A DNA stretch of 64,000 nt from positions 33,046,001 to 33,110,000 of the forward strand of contig OZ024747.1 in assembly GCA_964016885.1 (NCBI GenBank). Reading direction: 5' to 3'. Below the pieces are notes generated by a model. The model made no database searches. It worked only from the letters and a program-made list of their open reading frames with translations, and was not told the origin of the DNA. Shown one piece after another: positions 50,315 to 63,939 of the stretch (position 1 is its first letter; each line of letters starts with the position of its first letter). The position numbers and the translations under genes were made by a program. The DNA is from Eledone cirrhosa. Its lineage: Eukaryota.

Positions 50315-50582
50315 TAGAAAGTGAGGTTTTTTTTACAAAATGAAAAATAACCGAGGTGTCCTACACGAGTGAAAGTATAAAGAAAAGAAAGATGAAATCG
50401 AAAATGCAACTGGAGTCTTATTTAAAAAAGATATATATATTTATTTGGTTCCTTTACCGGTTTCGCATTTCTTCTGCTTTTCAAAAGTAGAGTTGAGATG
50501 GAGGGTCTGTGAGTATGTGGATGTGTACGCATGTTTATTTTATATTTCATATTTCATATTTTTATATATTTGTGTATGTAGA

Positions 50583-50656
<74 letters not shown>

Positions 50657-53577
50657 CACAAAAATATTAAAATATACAATATAAAATATAAAATAAACAT
50701 ACGTACACATCCACATACACATACACACGCATACACATATACGTATATAAAAACATGCATACAACCAAATATACTAACACACACATAAACCCTACAAAAA
50801 AGAGCATTGGTACAAACCCTACTTACAAACGTATACACATGCGTGCGCGCACTCTCACGTGATGAGAAATCAACACACGCATACAAAACCATATGTAAGA
50901 CTATATGGACAAAAACAGAAGCATATATACAACCGCATACACACAACTATATACGTAAACACATACATAGAACCATAATTAGATATAATATAAACATAAA
51001 TAAACTCACACACATAAATATATACATACAAACACATACACACATATATAATTATATACATACACACATACAAATACATACACACGCATTTATATATATA
51101 TTTATATATAAATACTATAAATACTATAAATGTATGTACACATTAGCCTGTCTGCAAATGCGCCCGCACACAGCCCTATGTCAGAACATAAAAAGCTAGT
51201 GGGTAAGTAAGGACAAAAGGGGAGTAAAATTGAAATAAGAAACACAATAATTAAGAATGGGTAAGGGGAAAGTGTTGTAAAATGTTTGAGAGGAGATCTA
51301 GATAAGAGTATCTGGTTAAAGAGTGAACTGAGTAAAGGATAAAGGTGGTGGGTAAGGTAAAATATAGGGGGGATTATAAGACAACTGAAAAAGAAATTTT
51401 GAATGATAGGAAAAAAATAATAAATATAAGGAGGTATAGAAGGAGATTTGGGAGAAAAAGTATATATGGGTAAGAAGTATGAGTTCATAGGGTAATGATA
51501 TTCGTGGTGAGTGGAAGGCGTAATGAGTAAAGAAGAAGCTCAAGGTGGTTGAGTCATCGGAGGAATGTCAATCCAGTTAAAAAGTAGATGTGATTTCAGA
51601 TGTGGACAACATCTGAAGATATCGGTCTTGGAGTTGAGGCAAGTGGAAGGGGCTTTCAAGTTTTGGAGAATTCTAAATTTTTCCGTGGTGCACAAAGAAC
51701 ATTTCTTTGTGACCCTTTGGTATTCTCTTGAATGGTCTAAAATAGACAAATCAATAGTGTACGGAATATTTTTGTCTTTGAATTCCCACACTTTATTTGC
51801 AAGCGCCGTTGCTGTTCTTTTTTCAGTGTGTTTAAAAGAAGTGACATGTGCATAATACCTGGTTTTGAATCTGTCCTGAGTCATGCCAAAATATCGTTCA
51901 CTCCTGGCTGGTTATTAATCATCGGTGTCAATTTGGCCTCATACACAATGGATTTGGTATTACATTTACCCTGTAATGAGCATTCTTCTGGCTTCCTGCA
52001 CCTGCATCCTGGTTTTAGTCTTCTTTGATGGACAGCAAGAGTAACTGATTTTGACTACATGTCTATTAAATATCTTATGATATCTATGATTAGGGGGAAA
52101 ATGTTTGTCTAGGAGGTCGAGGAATTTCCTTCCTACATTAGTTTTGACAGTTAGAGAGAAGGGGGGTGTAAACCAAATAATGTTTCTTTTCCTGTTATTT
52201 TGTTTAGTGTTAGAGGGAGGAGTAGGTAAATATCTAATATGTTCGGTGAAGCCGCTGTTATTCAGGGCTTTATTATAATAAGGCTTTGTTAAAAAATATC
52301 TAGAGACGAAGATAAGGTAGAAATCTTACGGCTAATGTTAGGAATAATATTTTTAAAGGCTATAGTGGGATGGCAAGACTCTTTGTGTATATATCTTAAA
52401 TTCTCGTTAGGTTTATGATAATGTTTAAAAGAGGCATTAAGTAGATCAAGATTAATATCAAGAAATTTAATATTAGTAAGATTCGTATCTATAGTAATTT
52501 TAAGGTTTAGGTTAGCAAAGGTATTGATTAAATGTTTACGGAATTTATCAAGGTTATGGCCTTTAATGATATGAGAAACTGCCACATCGTCGTCTCGGTA
52601 TAAACCGATATTATGGCAAGGAAATTTCTCTTTAAGGGTGTGTGGAGGAGGAATAATCCTACTAAGTCGCACACATCAGCACTATCATAAGAGTCCATCG
52701 CAACATCAAAAGAATTTTCAAGGCTTCAATTTTTAACACAAAAACTTTCATTTAGCAAAGAGTAGTGTTTTCCTAGAATGAAAGATAACGTCTTCTTCTA
52801 ATTTAGAAATATTAATGAAAGGTCTTGCAAAATCTAAGGCTTTTGTTAATAAGGATTCAGTGATAGAGGGGTAAAAATCAACAATATCAAAGTGGGTAAG
52901 TCTACACTTATTTTTACCTTGTATATTAGTAAACCAAGAAATAACAGGATGTATTTAACCATTGTGATAAGTCAGTCTTAGTTCTAATTTGGAGTATTAT
53001 TTTTCTTAAGATTTTTTTACTTGCAAGGCCAACTTCAGATTTAGCAGAGTTAATTAGTCTACAGCTAGGTCGATTAGTAAAGTATGATTTATGGTCTTAA
53101 AGGATGATATAAGCTTTACGTTAGCTAGTCTTTCAATCCGGTTATCTATTTTTAAAGTACTAGCTAAGTCTTTAGCTTCTTTATTAATGGTATTGTAGGT
53201 ATTATTGTTAGCTATTTGATGGTAATGCTATCTGTTAAAAGTTGGTTATACAAAATATTATTTAATTCAAAGTGATTTTTAGTTTTATCAGAAAGAACAA
53301 AAGTGTTTGTAGAATGTTTAAAATTAGAAAGTTTAGTTTGAAAGTTATTGTTGTACTTACGATATTTGATTTCACTAAGGTCTATTTAACTAGGTCTATT
53401 TCGAAGTTGGCCATGTCTTTAATTCTAGGTGGGTATTTGCGGGATTTAATGTCAAAATAGTCATTGGTATCAGCACTGAATTGTCCATCGTAAAACATTG
53501 CCTTCCATCTCATTCTTTTAATGACTTGTTCGATTTTATCTATAAGCAGTTTGGTATAGGTAGTGTTGGAAAGAATA
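50315..53577 (-). mobile_element. Penelope-like element (broken ORF 53577-51540 plus microsatellite-rich 3' region)
   Basis: IEQVIKRMRWKA, FEIDLVK, DKTKN, KDHK..F.NRPSCRLINSAKSEVG, FDIVDFYPSI, YRDD, IWFTPPFS.TVKTNVGRKFL, FKTRY, CSLC.TEK. Confidence 0.9.
50452..50487 (-). ncRNA. Candidate minimal hammerhead (U3-A8 core) downstream of the PLE ORF
   Basis: Minus strand CTT-TTGAAAA-GCA gaagaaa TGC-GAAA-ccgg-TA|AAG; palindromic ACCGGT, but stem I is only 3 bp. Confidence 0.55.
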
Positions 53578-53915
53578 TTTCTAACTTTAAACATTCTACA
53601 AACACTTTTGTCTTTTCTGATAAAACTAAAAATCTTTTTGAAGTAAATAATATTTTGTATAACCAACTTTTAACATTACCATCAAATATCAAATAGCTAA
53701 CAATAATACCTACAATACCATTAATAATGAAGCCAAAGACATAGCTAGTATTTTAAAAATAGATAATCGGATTGAAAGCCTAGCTTAACGTAAAGTATAT
53801 ATTTCCCTTAAAGACCATAAATCAGACTTTACTATTCGATCTAGCTGTAGACTAATTAACCCTGCTAAATCTGAAGTTGGCCTGGCAAGTAAAAAAATCT
53901 TAAGAAAAATAATAC
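53578..53915 (+). repeat. Inverted, diverged copy of PLE RT segment 52994-53330
   Basis: Reverse-complement match with scattered substitutions and indels. Confidence 0.85.
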
Positions 53916-53919
53916 ATTC

Positions 53920-54240
53920 TACCTTAATGCCTCTTTAATTGTTATACTTATAATCTCTGTCGCTTGCATTCCACTGTGTGCCTTTTTAATTTTTAATTTT
54001 TAATTTTAGTTATTGTACAATTCTCTTGTAATCTAGGTCGCATCCATTCCACTCTGTAAATACGAAACTGTTGTTGACAACATTAATATCCATGTATCTA
54101 TATGATTGTTCAGTTGAATAGGAGGTTAATTATATGTACAAATATTGCTACTGCTCCGATGATTCCAAATGATAATTTAGAAGAAACGATTGTCAGCAAT
54201 AAAATGATTTCAACATAGCTTTGATTATTGAGTAATTTAT
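53920..54240 (+). mobile_element. H2 pseudo-LTR with HHR at 54152-54198
   Basis: Homologous to 34540-34868; TGCT-CCGATGA-TTCcAAAT gata ATTTaGAA-GAAA-CgattG-TC|AGCA. Confidence 0.8.
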
Positions 54241-54343
54241 ATATCTATATATGTATATATGTATATATATATATGTGTGTGTATGTGTATGTATATATAT
54301 ATGTGTGTATTTATGCATACGTATGTATGTACATATATGTGAA

Positions 54344-54408
<65 letters not shown>

Positions 54409-54419
54409 CTATATGTATG

Positions 54420-54475
54420 TCCCACCCTTGCAAGCAGGGAAAAGCAGACGTAAAATGATGATGATGATGATGATG
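54420..54475 (+). mobile_element. Extremely 5'-truncated RTE tail insertion
   Basis: CCCACCCTTGCAAGCAGGGAAAAGC...AAAATGATGATG matches the 3' end of RTE 19916-19970. Confidence 0.7.
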
Positions 54476-54480
54476 TGTGT

Positions 54481-55125
54481 ATGTACCATTATATATGTTT
54501 GTTGTGTGTATGCCTGCCTGTTTGTGCATGCATGTATGTGTGTGTGTGTACGTGTTTAAGTGATCCCGTGTGTGAATGTGCTTGTTGACACTTGGAATAT
54601 ATATTAAGTGAAACTTCACAATAAGGGGACTCACCCCAACACTTTAATCTGTTGATGGAACCCTTTCTGCCTTTGTCACCCTTATTTCAGCCTTAAAGAA
54701 TTAGCTTCTAAAGAATTTCCCTTTTCTTTAAACCAATGAACCCCACCGATCCTGTAGACACCTGTCTTACAGGCATTGTTAGTGATAAACTAAGATTGGC
54801 ATTCCAAATTTGAATTTGCTTACAGTATTGTTTCTGTCTTTGTTAATATTATTGCTTTAAAGAATTAGCTTTTAATGAACTCCCTTTTCTTTAAATCCTT
54901 CAACCAATGACCTCCACCCATCACAATCCCCACCCTCTCCTACCACCAGAAAAGAAAAGATATAAATACCACCACCCACTTGGACAGCCAGCTTCCTGAT
55001 GATTTCTCACGAATGAAACAGTTTTAGTCCTGTAGAAGCTCTTCTATATTAAAACATTTACACTCTGCTATGTATTGAGTACTTTACTTACTGTGGTTAC
55101 CTCCGATTCAACCCGGAATAACTTA
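54481..55125 (+). mobile_element. H1 unit with CCAAT/TATA and HHR at 54990-55040
   Basis: TATAAATA at 54961; AGCTTC-CTGATGA-tTTCtcacGAAt-GAAA-CAGttttagtcCTG-TA|GAAGCT; ends CCCGGAATAACT(TA)n. Confidence 0.85.
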
Positions 55126-55429
55126 TATATATATATATTATACATATATACATTACATAGTGTGTAGACTGGAATCGATAGATATACTCTATAGCATATT
55201 ATATGAAGGAGGAAGAGGAGATTTGAGGAGTAAGGGAAAATACTTCAGTTGACAATAAGGAACCATTATATTAAAAGTAACTAAAAACAAAAAAAATGAT
55301 TCCTTGAATATTTATTTACTCTGGAGACCAGCTTTATATCTGTTGTACAGATATAGATTGTATTACTGTATTGTGAAACAAATATGTTTTAAAGGACAAC
55401 AATACAAGCAACCCCACACTACTATAACA

Positions 55430-55812
55430 TTAACAATAGATATATCAACTACAACAACAGTACAACAGCAGTACAACAAATACAACAACATTAACAATAG
55501 ATACAACAGCAACAATATCTACTATGACAACAGTAACATTAACAACATATACAATAACTATAACAACAACAACATCTACAGTGATAACAATAACATTAAC
55601 AACAGATACAACTACATCTACAATGACAACAGCAATGATGAACAAAGCAACAATAGCAATAACAACAAAAAAGGAACAACAGATGCATCAATATATAGAG
55701 ATACAACTATGACAACTACAGTGAAAACATTAACAGCCACAACAACAATGATGAACACACAAAAAAAACAGCAACACTAGCAATAACAACAGCAATAACA
55801 ACAATAACAATG
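55430..55812. repeat. Degenerate (AAC)n low-complexity tract
   Basis: Directly visible; source of N/T-rich ORFs. Confidence 0.85.
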
Positions 55813-56904
55813 AAAGGCTGACACAGTTTTACAGCTGAAATCCAAACAGAAGGATTATCACCAGAATCAATGAGATAATCTACAAGAAAATTTCCTGTTT
55901 TGTATTCTTACAGCAATCGAGTGGAATGTTGTCATTGTTAAGTTTTTCTCCTGCTTTTTGTCAATAATTCAATTAGTTTTGACAATTCCTGCTTCTAATT
56001 TGCCTTTTCTGCTTTGTCCTGATTTTTGTCTTCTGTCAAGTTGTATAATACCTCATCTATATTTTCCTGTGGTAGATTGGTTGTCAAATTCTGTGGCTAG
56101 ACTAGTCAGGTGATCATGTCTTGCTCATATACTCCATTTTTAGTTTGGTTTCTATGGCTAAATGGCCTTCCTATTACTTTACAGCATATACTGGGAACAT
56201 AGTTTTCATGGCTGAATGGACTTCCAAATACGAACTTCTTTACAGCATGTACTGGAAGCATGGTTTCTGTGACAGGATGCCCTTCCTAGTGGTGGTAGTG
56301 GTGGTGGTTAATGCTAAAATGTTCACTTTTGAGCTGGTGGTATTGCTGACACTGATGTTATTGTTTGATGCCATTGTAGAAGTGATGCTGATGCTGATGA
56401 TGAAAACGTTTAGTTCTTTGCTGCTGGTATTGATCCAGTTTTAGCTGAACTGGTGTAGATATCATTGCTGTTTTTTTCTTTATGGTAATGTTAGCTAATA
56501 TATTGTTGTTGTTGCTTCTATTGTTATCATAACAACTGTTGTTTCTCCTCCTCTACTCCCAACTTAACATCAGACATGTAAAGTTGTTTTCACTGAAACA
56601 CAGACATTCAGACATTGAATAGTAATCTCAACTTTGCAATAGTTTGCTGGCTGGCTATCACAGTTGCTGGCATATTTCATACTTTGAAGAGAATATTTTT
56701 GAAACTCAATTTAGCCACAAAGTGTTGAAAAACAAAGAAGCTAGCCAGTCATCCAGCAAAACAGTCATAGCCAGCTCTGTAACATAAACAACAAAGAAGA
56801 AAAAATGACTAAACAAAACTCCCATAATACAACAGGGCAGATATCAACAAATATGTCATGACAAGAAATAACGACGGCATCAAAATAAAACGACAATAAT
56901 AATA

Positions 56905-57545
56905 ATAATGGATTCTCATTTAGGTACAAGGCCAGCAATTTACTCAAGAGGAAACTTGATTAAATCAAGCACAGTACTTTTATGTCACTCGATTGTATTC
57001 TTATCAGGAGAATGAAAGATAAAATATAAAAGTGACCTTGACAGTATTTGAAATCAGAGCCTAAAGAATTTGAACAAACACTGTAAGACATTTTCTTCAA
57101 AGCTCTAAGTATTTCATTTATCCAGAATAATAATAATGATTTCTGATGTAGGCAAAAAGGCCAGCAATTTTTGGGGAAGTTAAAGTCAATCAAATCAATC
57201 CTGGTGTATTACTGGTACTTTATTTTATCCACATTTTAAGGATGAAAAGCAAAGGTAACCTTAGCAGGATATGAACTCAGAATGTAAAGGGCCATAACTA
57301 TATGCTGCAAAGCATATTATCTGATACTCTACTGGTACTGCCAATCCACCCTTATAATTGTTTCTGATTTAGGCAAAAGGCCAATAATTTTGGTGGGAGG
57401 GCAAGTCGATTAAATTGATCCAGTACATTACTGGTACTTTATTTTATCAACGCCCATAACGATGGAAGGTAGAGCTAACATTGATGGAATTTTAACTCAG
57501 AACGTAAAGGGCTGCAACTATGCTGTGAAGCATGTTATCTCAACT
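56905..57545 (-). mobile_element. Three tandem S1-type SINE copies of differing divergence
   Basis: Units begin at about 56910, 57135 and 57355 with AGG(T/C)A(C/A)AAGGCCA..AATTT and contain (CT)GGTACTTT(T)ATTTTATC. Confidence 0.75.
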
Positions 57546-57892
57546 CCTGCTACTCCAAAAATGTATTATTATTTCTAACGTTTCATTAGCACACACTTCG
57601 AAAGACTACTATAGACAATTTAATTGAACTTGCTGCAACATTTTGTTATGACTCACAAAGGGATAAAAAATAAATATGTCCCAAACATGGTAGCAACACA
57701 TTGAATAAAAGAAACTTAAGTGAAAATAAGACAATTAGTTCATCTAGCCTTATGATTTTGCCATCCAAAGCCCTTCAACATCAACATCATCATCATAATA
57801 ATAACGTTAATGTGAGGACTAATAAAAATGGTGATAATGATGAATGTATGATGGTGACAACTATCTTGATAATGATGATGACTATGATGACT

Positions 57893-58597
57893 GTGTATGT
57901 AAAAAACAACCAGAGACCATTGACCATATAATTTCAATGTGCAGTCCTATAGCTCCAACCGAATACCTAAACAGGCATACCAGAGCTGCACTATACATAC
58001 ATTGGATAATGTGTAAGCATTTTGACCTGCCCCATCAAAAGAATTGGTGGGAGCATCAACCACCTCCCATACTTGAAAAAGATCACATCTCAATCTTGTG
58101 GAACTTTAGCATCCAAACAGCCCGAAAAATAGATGCAAATAGACCTGATATAATACTGAAGGACTTTAAAAAGAGGGTATGCCTGCTAATTGATATGTCT
58201 GTTCCAATAGTCAGGAATGTATCTATAAAAACATTTGAAAAATTGAGCAAGTATAAGGACCTGGAGATAGAAATTGGAAAAATGTGGAAATTGAGAACTA
58301 AAACAATACCAGTGGTTGTAGGCACTCTAGGAATGATACCTAAGGGGTCTAATGATTACTTATCGCAAATCCCAGGAAACCCGCGTATAGGAGAAATACA
58401 AAAGATAGTACTAATGGGAACTGCCCATATACTAAGGAAGATTCTGTCAATATAATTACATCACAAGTCTAAACACCTAAAGATGCATGTGTGTATGTAT
58501 GTTCTTTCTTGAACATGGCGGACCTTATTGTCTCTTGAGGTCACTGGTTGTGACTTGGTCATAACTCGTATGAACATAAAGCAAGATAAATGCAACT

Positions 58598-58600
<3 letters not shown>
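57893..58600 (+). mobile_element. R4/Dong-like non-LTR retrotransposon 3' end (CCHC plus restriction-like endonuclease), ending in (AAT)n
   Basis: ORF 57844..58455: C....ETIDHIIS.C, YLNRH...A..IHW, RPDII, LIDMSVP, EKLSKYKDL, IPVVVGTLG, IQK.VL.GTAHILR. Confidence 0.88.
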
Positions 58601-58636
<36 letters not shown>

Positions 58637-58637
<1 letters not shown>

Positions 58638-60012
58638 TTTCTTTATTAACCACAAGGGTTTACATAAAGTAGACATTAAGGACAGTGCAGGACAATACAG
58701 GACGGTACAAATGGGCATTTCTGCGTGTAAAAAACAAAAACAGAGGATGTAACAAAAAAAATAACAATGAAAAATTCCCCAATAGGGGGGAGACTTCCGA
58801 GGGACATTTGTGGAGAAAGCCCAGTAAAAGGCCACAGTGACCCTGACCACCAAGGCAAGTGCCCTCTCGCAGTTTTCCACCTTTAATTTACAGATACATA
58901 CTCAGAGTAGGTCCATTCACTTGGGCCATTCTTGCTTCTCTCACCCAACTTTCAACAAAATGCTGGGAAGAGAACACTTCCCTCTCTACTCTGATTTTCC
59001 TTCTCAAATGAAATTTGAAAAAGTCAATCAGGGCATCACTGAAGAGGTAAGTGCTCGTCTTCAGCCCTTTCAAACGTGTCCACCATACTATCTCTTTCGC
59101 CATGGCCACCAGACAGATAAAAACTGCCTGCCCTTCCCAGCTAAAGGAAGAGGGCGGGGCAATCCTCACGATGGACTCAGATGATAGCCGGATCCGTCCT
59201 ATACGCGACAGCAGGTGTTCGACATAAACCCACAAGTCAGCAATTTTCGGACACTGGACGAGCGCGTGCAGGACGGTTTCGTCGCCCTGCATGCATCTCG
59301 GACATGCCCGGCTGATGGCACCTCCATGTCTGTAGAGTTTATCCTGAACTGGCAAGGCTCCTCAGTAGCACTGCCAGGCCAGAGATTTCTGGAAGTTGTC
59401 CATAGGCCCAGCCCGAAAGTTCTTCCGAAGAGATTGGCTAGTTGATTTTCGTCGACGCCTAGAGTTTCCCCAAGTATGTTGTCGCTCTTCCCCTCCACTA
59501 ATCCTCTATAGAACGCCGAGGTGGAGTTTCCACCGATCACATTGCCCGATTGGTCGAGGGCTGTGAGCGCCTAAAGACATTCCAGTCTCCAGGCGCTCCC
59601 TCTCGGTCTTCGCTTGACTCAGGACTGCAGCTCCGTCAAGGAAATGAGCTGGGGAAATACGTGTCTAGCAAACGGCGACCACACCTAATCACCGTCGAGG
59701 AAGAGGTGGAGATGTCGTAGCCTGAGCGCGTGTCTGTGCATCATCAGCCTCGGCATGCCCAGCCCTCCACATAGCAGGTGTTGACAACAGATGGACCGCC
59801 TGACCATCGGAGCGCGTCCCTTCCACAAAAAGCGAAAGAGCAAACGCTCCAGCGCATTCAGGCGGGGCTTAGGACAAGGTACGATGGTCAGGCGGTAGCA
59901 GATGACAGACGCGATGTACGCGTAAGCCACCTCTGCTCAACCTTTCAGGGATAGCTTCCTCTCCGCCCATTTCTGGGTGAGAGAAGCCACCCTGCTCATC
60001 ACCTCCTCCCAG
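58637..60012 (-). mobile_element. Tx1/L1-clade LINE 3' fragment
   Basis: WAERKLSLKG, LERLLFRFLWKG...RRSIC....GGLGMP, CPRC...ETVLHALVQC; the 3' end abuts (AAT)n. Confidence 0.85.
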
Positions 60013-60032
60013 TTTATAATAATAATAATAAT

Positions 60033-60980
60033 GGTTTCTTTACAGATGGCGCAGAACTGTACGGGAAGATACAAAGTGAGTTTTGGCCATGTAAAAAAGG
60101 TTATAACAAGAAGATAGAAATATAAAAAAAATTCAAACAACAAAAATTCCCCAATAGGGGGAAACCTCCGAGAGTCTCTCGTGGCGAAAACCACATAAAA
60201 GACCACAGCCACCCTGACCACCAGGGCAAGTGCTCTCGCTCAGTTTTCCACTCCTCAGTCTACAGGCGCTTACTCAGAGCGGGCCCGTTCACTCGGACTA
60301 GACTCGTCACTTTCACCCACCTTTCAACAAACTTACTAGAAGAGAGCACTTGCCTCTCCACCCTGATTTTCCTCTTCAAGTGAAATTTGAAAGAGTTAAT
60401 CAGTCATTCACCGAAGAGGAAAGTATCCGTCTTAAACCCTTTCAACCTTGTCCACCATACAATCTCTTTCGCCATGGCAGGGGAAAACTGCCTGCCCTTC
60501 CTCCTCCTTAAAGGAGGACGGTGGGGCTATCTGCACAATGGACTCAGCTTGGAGACATTCCAGCTTCCAAGCGCTATCCCTAGGTCTTTTCCTGATCCAA
60601 TACTGGAGCTCCGTTAATGAGACGAGCTGGCGAAAAACACGTCTGGTGACCATACCTGTTCACCGTCAAGGAAGCACCAGAGATGTCGCAGCCTCAGCTC
60701 GTGTTTACACATCATCAGCCATGGCATGCCAGCCATCCATGCAATGGGTGTTGACAGCAAATGGATCGTCTGACCAAGGGAGCATGTCCCTTCCATAAAA
60801 AGCGGAAGAGGAGGCATTCCATTTTGTCAGAGTTGGGCCGGGCCAAGGCACAATGGTTAGGCGGTAGCAGATGATGGATGCGATGAACACATTCGCCACC
60901 TCTGCCCGACCTTTCAGTGACAGCTTCCTCTGGGCCCATTTCTGGGTGACAGAGGCCACCCTGCTCGTCACCTCACTCTC
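60033..60980 (-). mobile_element. Second Tx1/L1-clade 3' fragment, internally deleted
   Basis: KWAQRKLSLKGRAEVAN.FIASII.YRL, FRFLWKG; the 3' UTR is homologous to 58637-58900. Confidence 0.82.
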
Positions 60981-61118
60981 ATTTAGGCACAAGGCCAACA
61001 CAATTGGGAGGGGTGAAAGTCGATTAAATCGACCCCAGTGCATGACAGGAACTTTATTTTATTGACCCCGTCAGGATGAAAGGCCAAGCAAAACTCAACA
61101 GGATTTGAACACAGAACA
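60981..61118 (-). mobile_element. S1-type SINE fragment
   Basis: AGGCACAAGGCCA...ACTTTATTTTATTGACCCCGTCAGGATGAAAGGC. Confidence 0.75.
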
Positions 61119-61361
61119 GATTTTCTGACCAGCAGAATAAATCTATTCTGAAAGAAATGAAAAAAATGAAAAAGATGTTTCCTGGTGCAAGTTATAATAA
61201 TCAAACAGTTGTACAACACTGAGACTATCTAGGTGGTGGCCTCCTCTAGCCAACATTTGAGTGACAGTTTCTTCTCAGACACTGCTGGATTAACCATTAA
61301 GCTAAATAGCCCCATGTTTAGGGCAATCCACTAATGTTGGGCACCATTTTATCTATGTATA

Positions 61362-62568
61362 TACTACTAAAACTCTGTGATTGCTTGCTTGCTTGTCTGT
61401 AATGTAATACACCCAAGAGGGCACATAATGGGAAAATACTTTGAAATGATGTTGACCCTGAAATGGGAATACAAATGGAATAAAACAAGTTTCGCATAAA
61501 TCGGAGCACAGGTTCACGAGAAATGGGGTTTCCTGGGTACCTTCATAAACAGAGAGAGAGAGAAAGATAGAGAGAAAGAGATAGTGGTTGTGAGAGAGTA
61601 GATTAAGGGAGGGATATAGAGAGAGGGAAAGGAGACAGAGAAGGAGAATGGAAGAGAGAGAGAGAAAGAGAGAGAGCTTGTGGTGTTGTTGTGTATATAT
61701 ATATGTGAGTGTGTGTGCATATATATATATGTGTGTTTGTCTATGACCAGTGTATATAGATCACAGACACCCACATATATATATATATATATGCATATGA
61801 TATATGTATACACACACACACATTTATATATATACATACACACATGTATATATATGGGTCTTCCAGTTTCATTTCACATTATATACATGTCTGTATATTT
61901 TGATTATTTAAAAATTATTTTTAAGTGAACAAGATCCAACAGGTCACGGGTGGTCTAGTATAATACTAAAACTCTGTGATTGCTTGCTTGCTTGTCTGTA
62001 ATGTAATACAGCCAAAAGGGCACATAATGGGGAAAATACTTGGAAAGGAAGTTGACCCTGAAATGTGAATACAAATGAAATAAAACAAGTTTCGCGTAAA
62101 TCAGAGCACGTGTTCCCGAGATATGGGGTTCTCTGGGTACCTTCATAAATAGATAGAGAGAAGGATAGAGAGAAAGAATAGTGGTTGTGAGAGAGTAGAT
62201 TGAAAGAGAGACATAGAGAGAGGCAGGGTGACAGAAAAGGAGAATGGAAGAGAGAGCGAGAGAGCTGGTGGTGTTGTTGAATGAAATTATAACCAGTGAC
62301 TTCAAAGAAACAAATTCAGCCTTTCTGTATCCTGCTAAATAGAAAGGGTTTCTAAGTATGTGTGTGTGCGTATGTGTGTGTGTGTGTGTCTATGACCGGT
62401 CTATATAGGTCACAGACACCCGCATACACACTCACACACACACACACATATATATATATACATATGGGCTTCTAATTTCATTTTACATTATATACATGTC
62501 TGTGTATATTTTAATTATTTTAAAATTATTTTTAAGCGAATATGACCCAACGAGTCATGGGTGGTCTA
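61362..62568. repeat. About 600-bp diverged tandem duplication (61362-61955 / 61963-62568)
   Basis: ACTAAAACTCTGTGATTGCTTGCTTGCTTGTCTG...GGGTGGTCTAGT shared between copies. Confidence 0.85.
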
Positions 62569-62682
62569 GTTCAAATTAAATGTGTGTCATTCCTAAAAAT
62601 ATATTTTATATATGAAAGGGTACCAACAATTTTTAAGGGATTAGGGCTTCAAAAGGACTTAATCTAAACATATTCTCACTTT

Positions 62683-62879
62683 ATTTGGGTTGGCTGAAAT
62701 GTTTACAGGCTGACTATGAAGGAATGATTTTAGAGCAGTGAAATCTTGCATGCATTAATGTCAACTCTTATTAATAACAGCATTTTTTTTTCCAGAGACT
62801 ATGTTGGAAAATAAACCCCATTTGGTCATTCCATGAGAGAATCTTGTTCAGACTATGAAATTTTCAGCCAATCCTCGTA
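62683..62879 (+). mobile_element. Mariner-type MITE, uninterrupted (about 197 bp)
   Basis: TIRs GGGTTGGCTGAAA.GTTT..AGGCTGA / TCAGACTATGAAATTTTCAGCCAATCCTCG followed by TA. Confidence 0.75.
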
Positions 62880-63897
62880 TATCTGCATGAGACTGCCACC
62901 TTGCATGAGGACTCTTTTAATTTTTATTCAGCTAAAGGTCTGGACTGAGCTAGATCATTAACCCATTATCTTCACCCTCATTCCAGTGGCTTACTGTTCA
63001 TTATAGAGTTGACATTCCAGAAGCCTAATTGCAAGTCCACAGAAATATCAGAATTAATGCATACTCCTATTAATGCCTGGTATGTCTCAGATATAGTGCT
63101 GTTCACCTCAATGTTTTGTGGTGGCATCTAAGGTGGGTATTCACAAGACACTACAGTGTCACAGCTGAGAGAGATGTTCCTCAAAACCTCAAAATTTGCA
63201 GCAAAACCTTGAGCACCAAAACACAAAAGATATAAGATGTATTGTGTTTATAACTCTAAATGGTACTGGTAAAAAGTTTATTTTTATTTGACCATCAAAA
63301 ACATCCATATAAATACACATGATATATGGAGAAATGAACACAGATTAATTAATTATTGTGGGTTTTCTCTGATCCCTTCAATTCTGTGCTGCATATTTAT
63401 GTCAACTGATTAGCATCTAGTTATCACCAGTAACTGTGGAAATAATGTTCATCGCTGCACTATATTACCCCTCTCACATATGCCACCCTTATGTGAGAGG
63501 GGATTCAGTTAGTGGCAATACTTGAAATTGAGTTGCAGCTACCATATGTATATACACATATATATGTATACACACACACACTTATATATATATATGAGTG
63601 TGAGTCTATACATACATATAATATATATAACTGAGTTTTGTAGCTTAGCAGATTGAAATGTTCAAAACAGTATTTTGCTGCTTTTAAAGTAGAAAAGATC
63701 AGATTAACTTTCAAACAAGTCAACTCCAAATGATCCTTTAAGTCTCTCCTAGGGATACTCCCTTAATAATGGATTTTTAAACCTGAAAATATTTGGGATC
63801 ATTAAATTTGCTAAGGTAAGATTCTCCTGTTATCTTAGCGATTTAATTTTCTTTCTAATACATTGTTTGGTTTTCAAAATTATTTAAATTTGTGTTT

Positions 63898-63939
<42 letters not shown>

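Noticed and set aside
55304-55780. Asn/Thr-rich protein (also 7382..7633 and the poly-E ORF 2651..2845)
   Set aside because: These are translations of (AAC)n, (ACC)n and (GAA)n low-complexity tracts.
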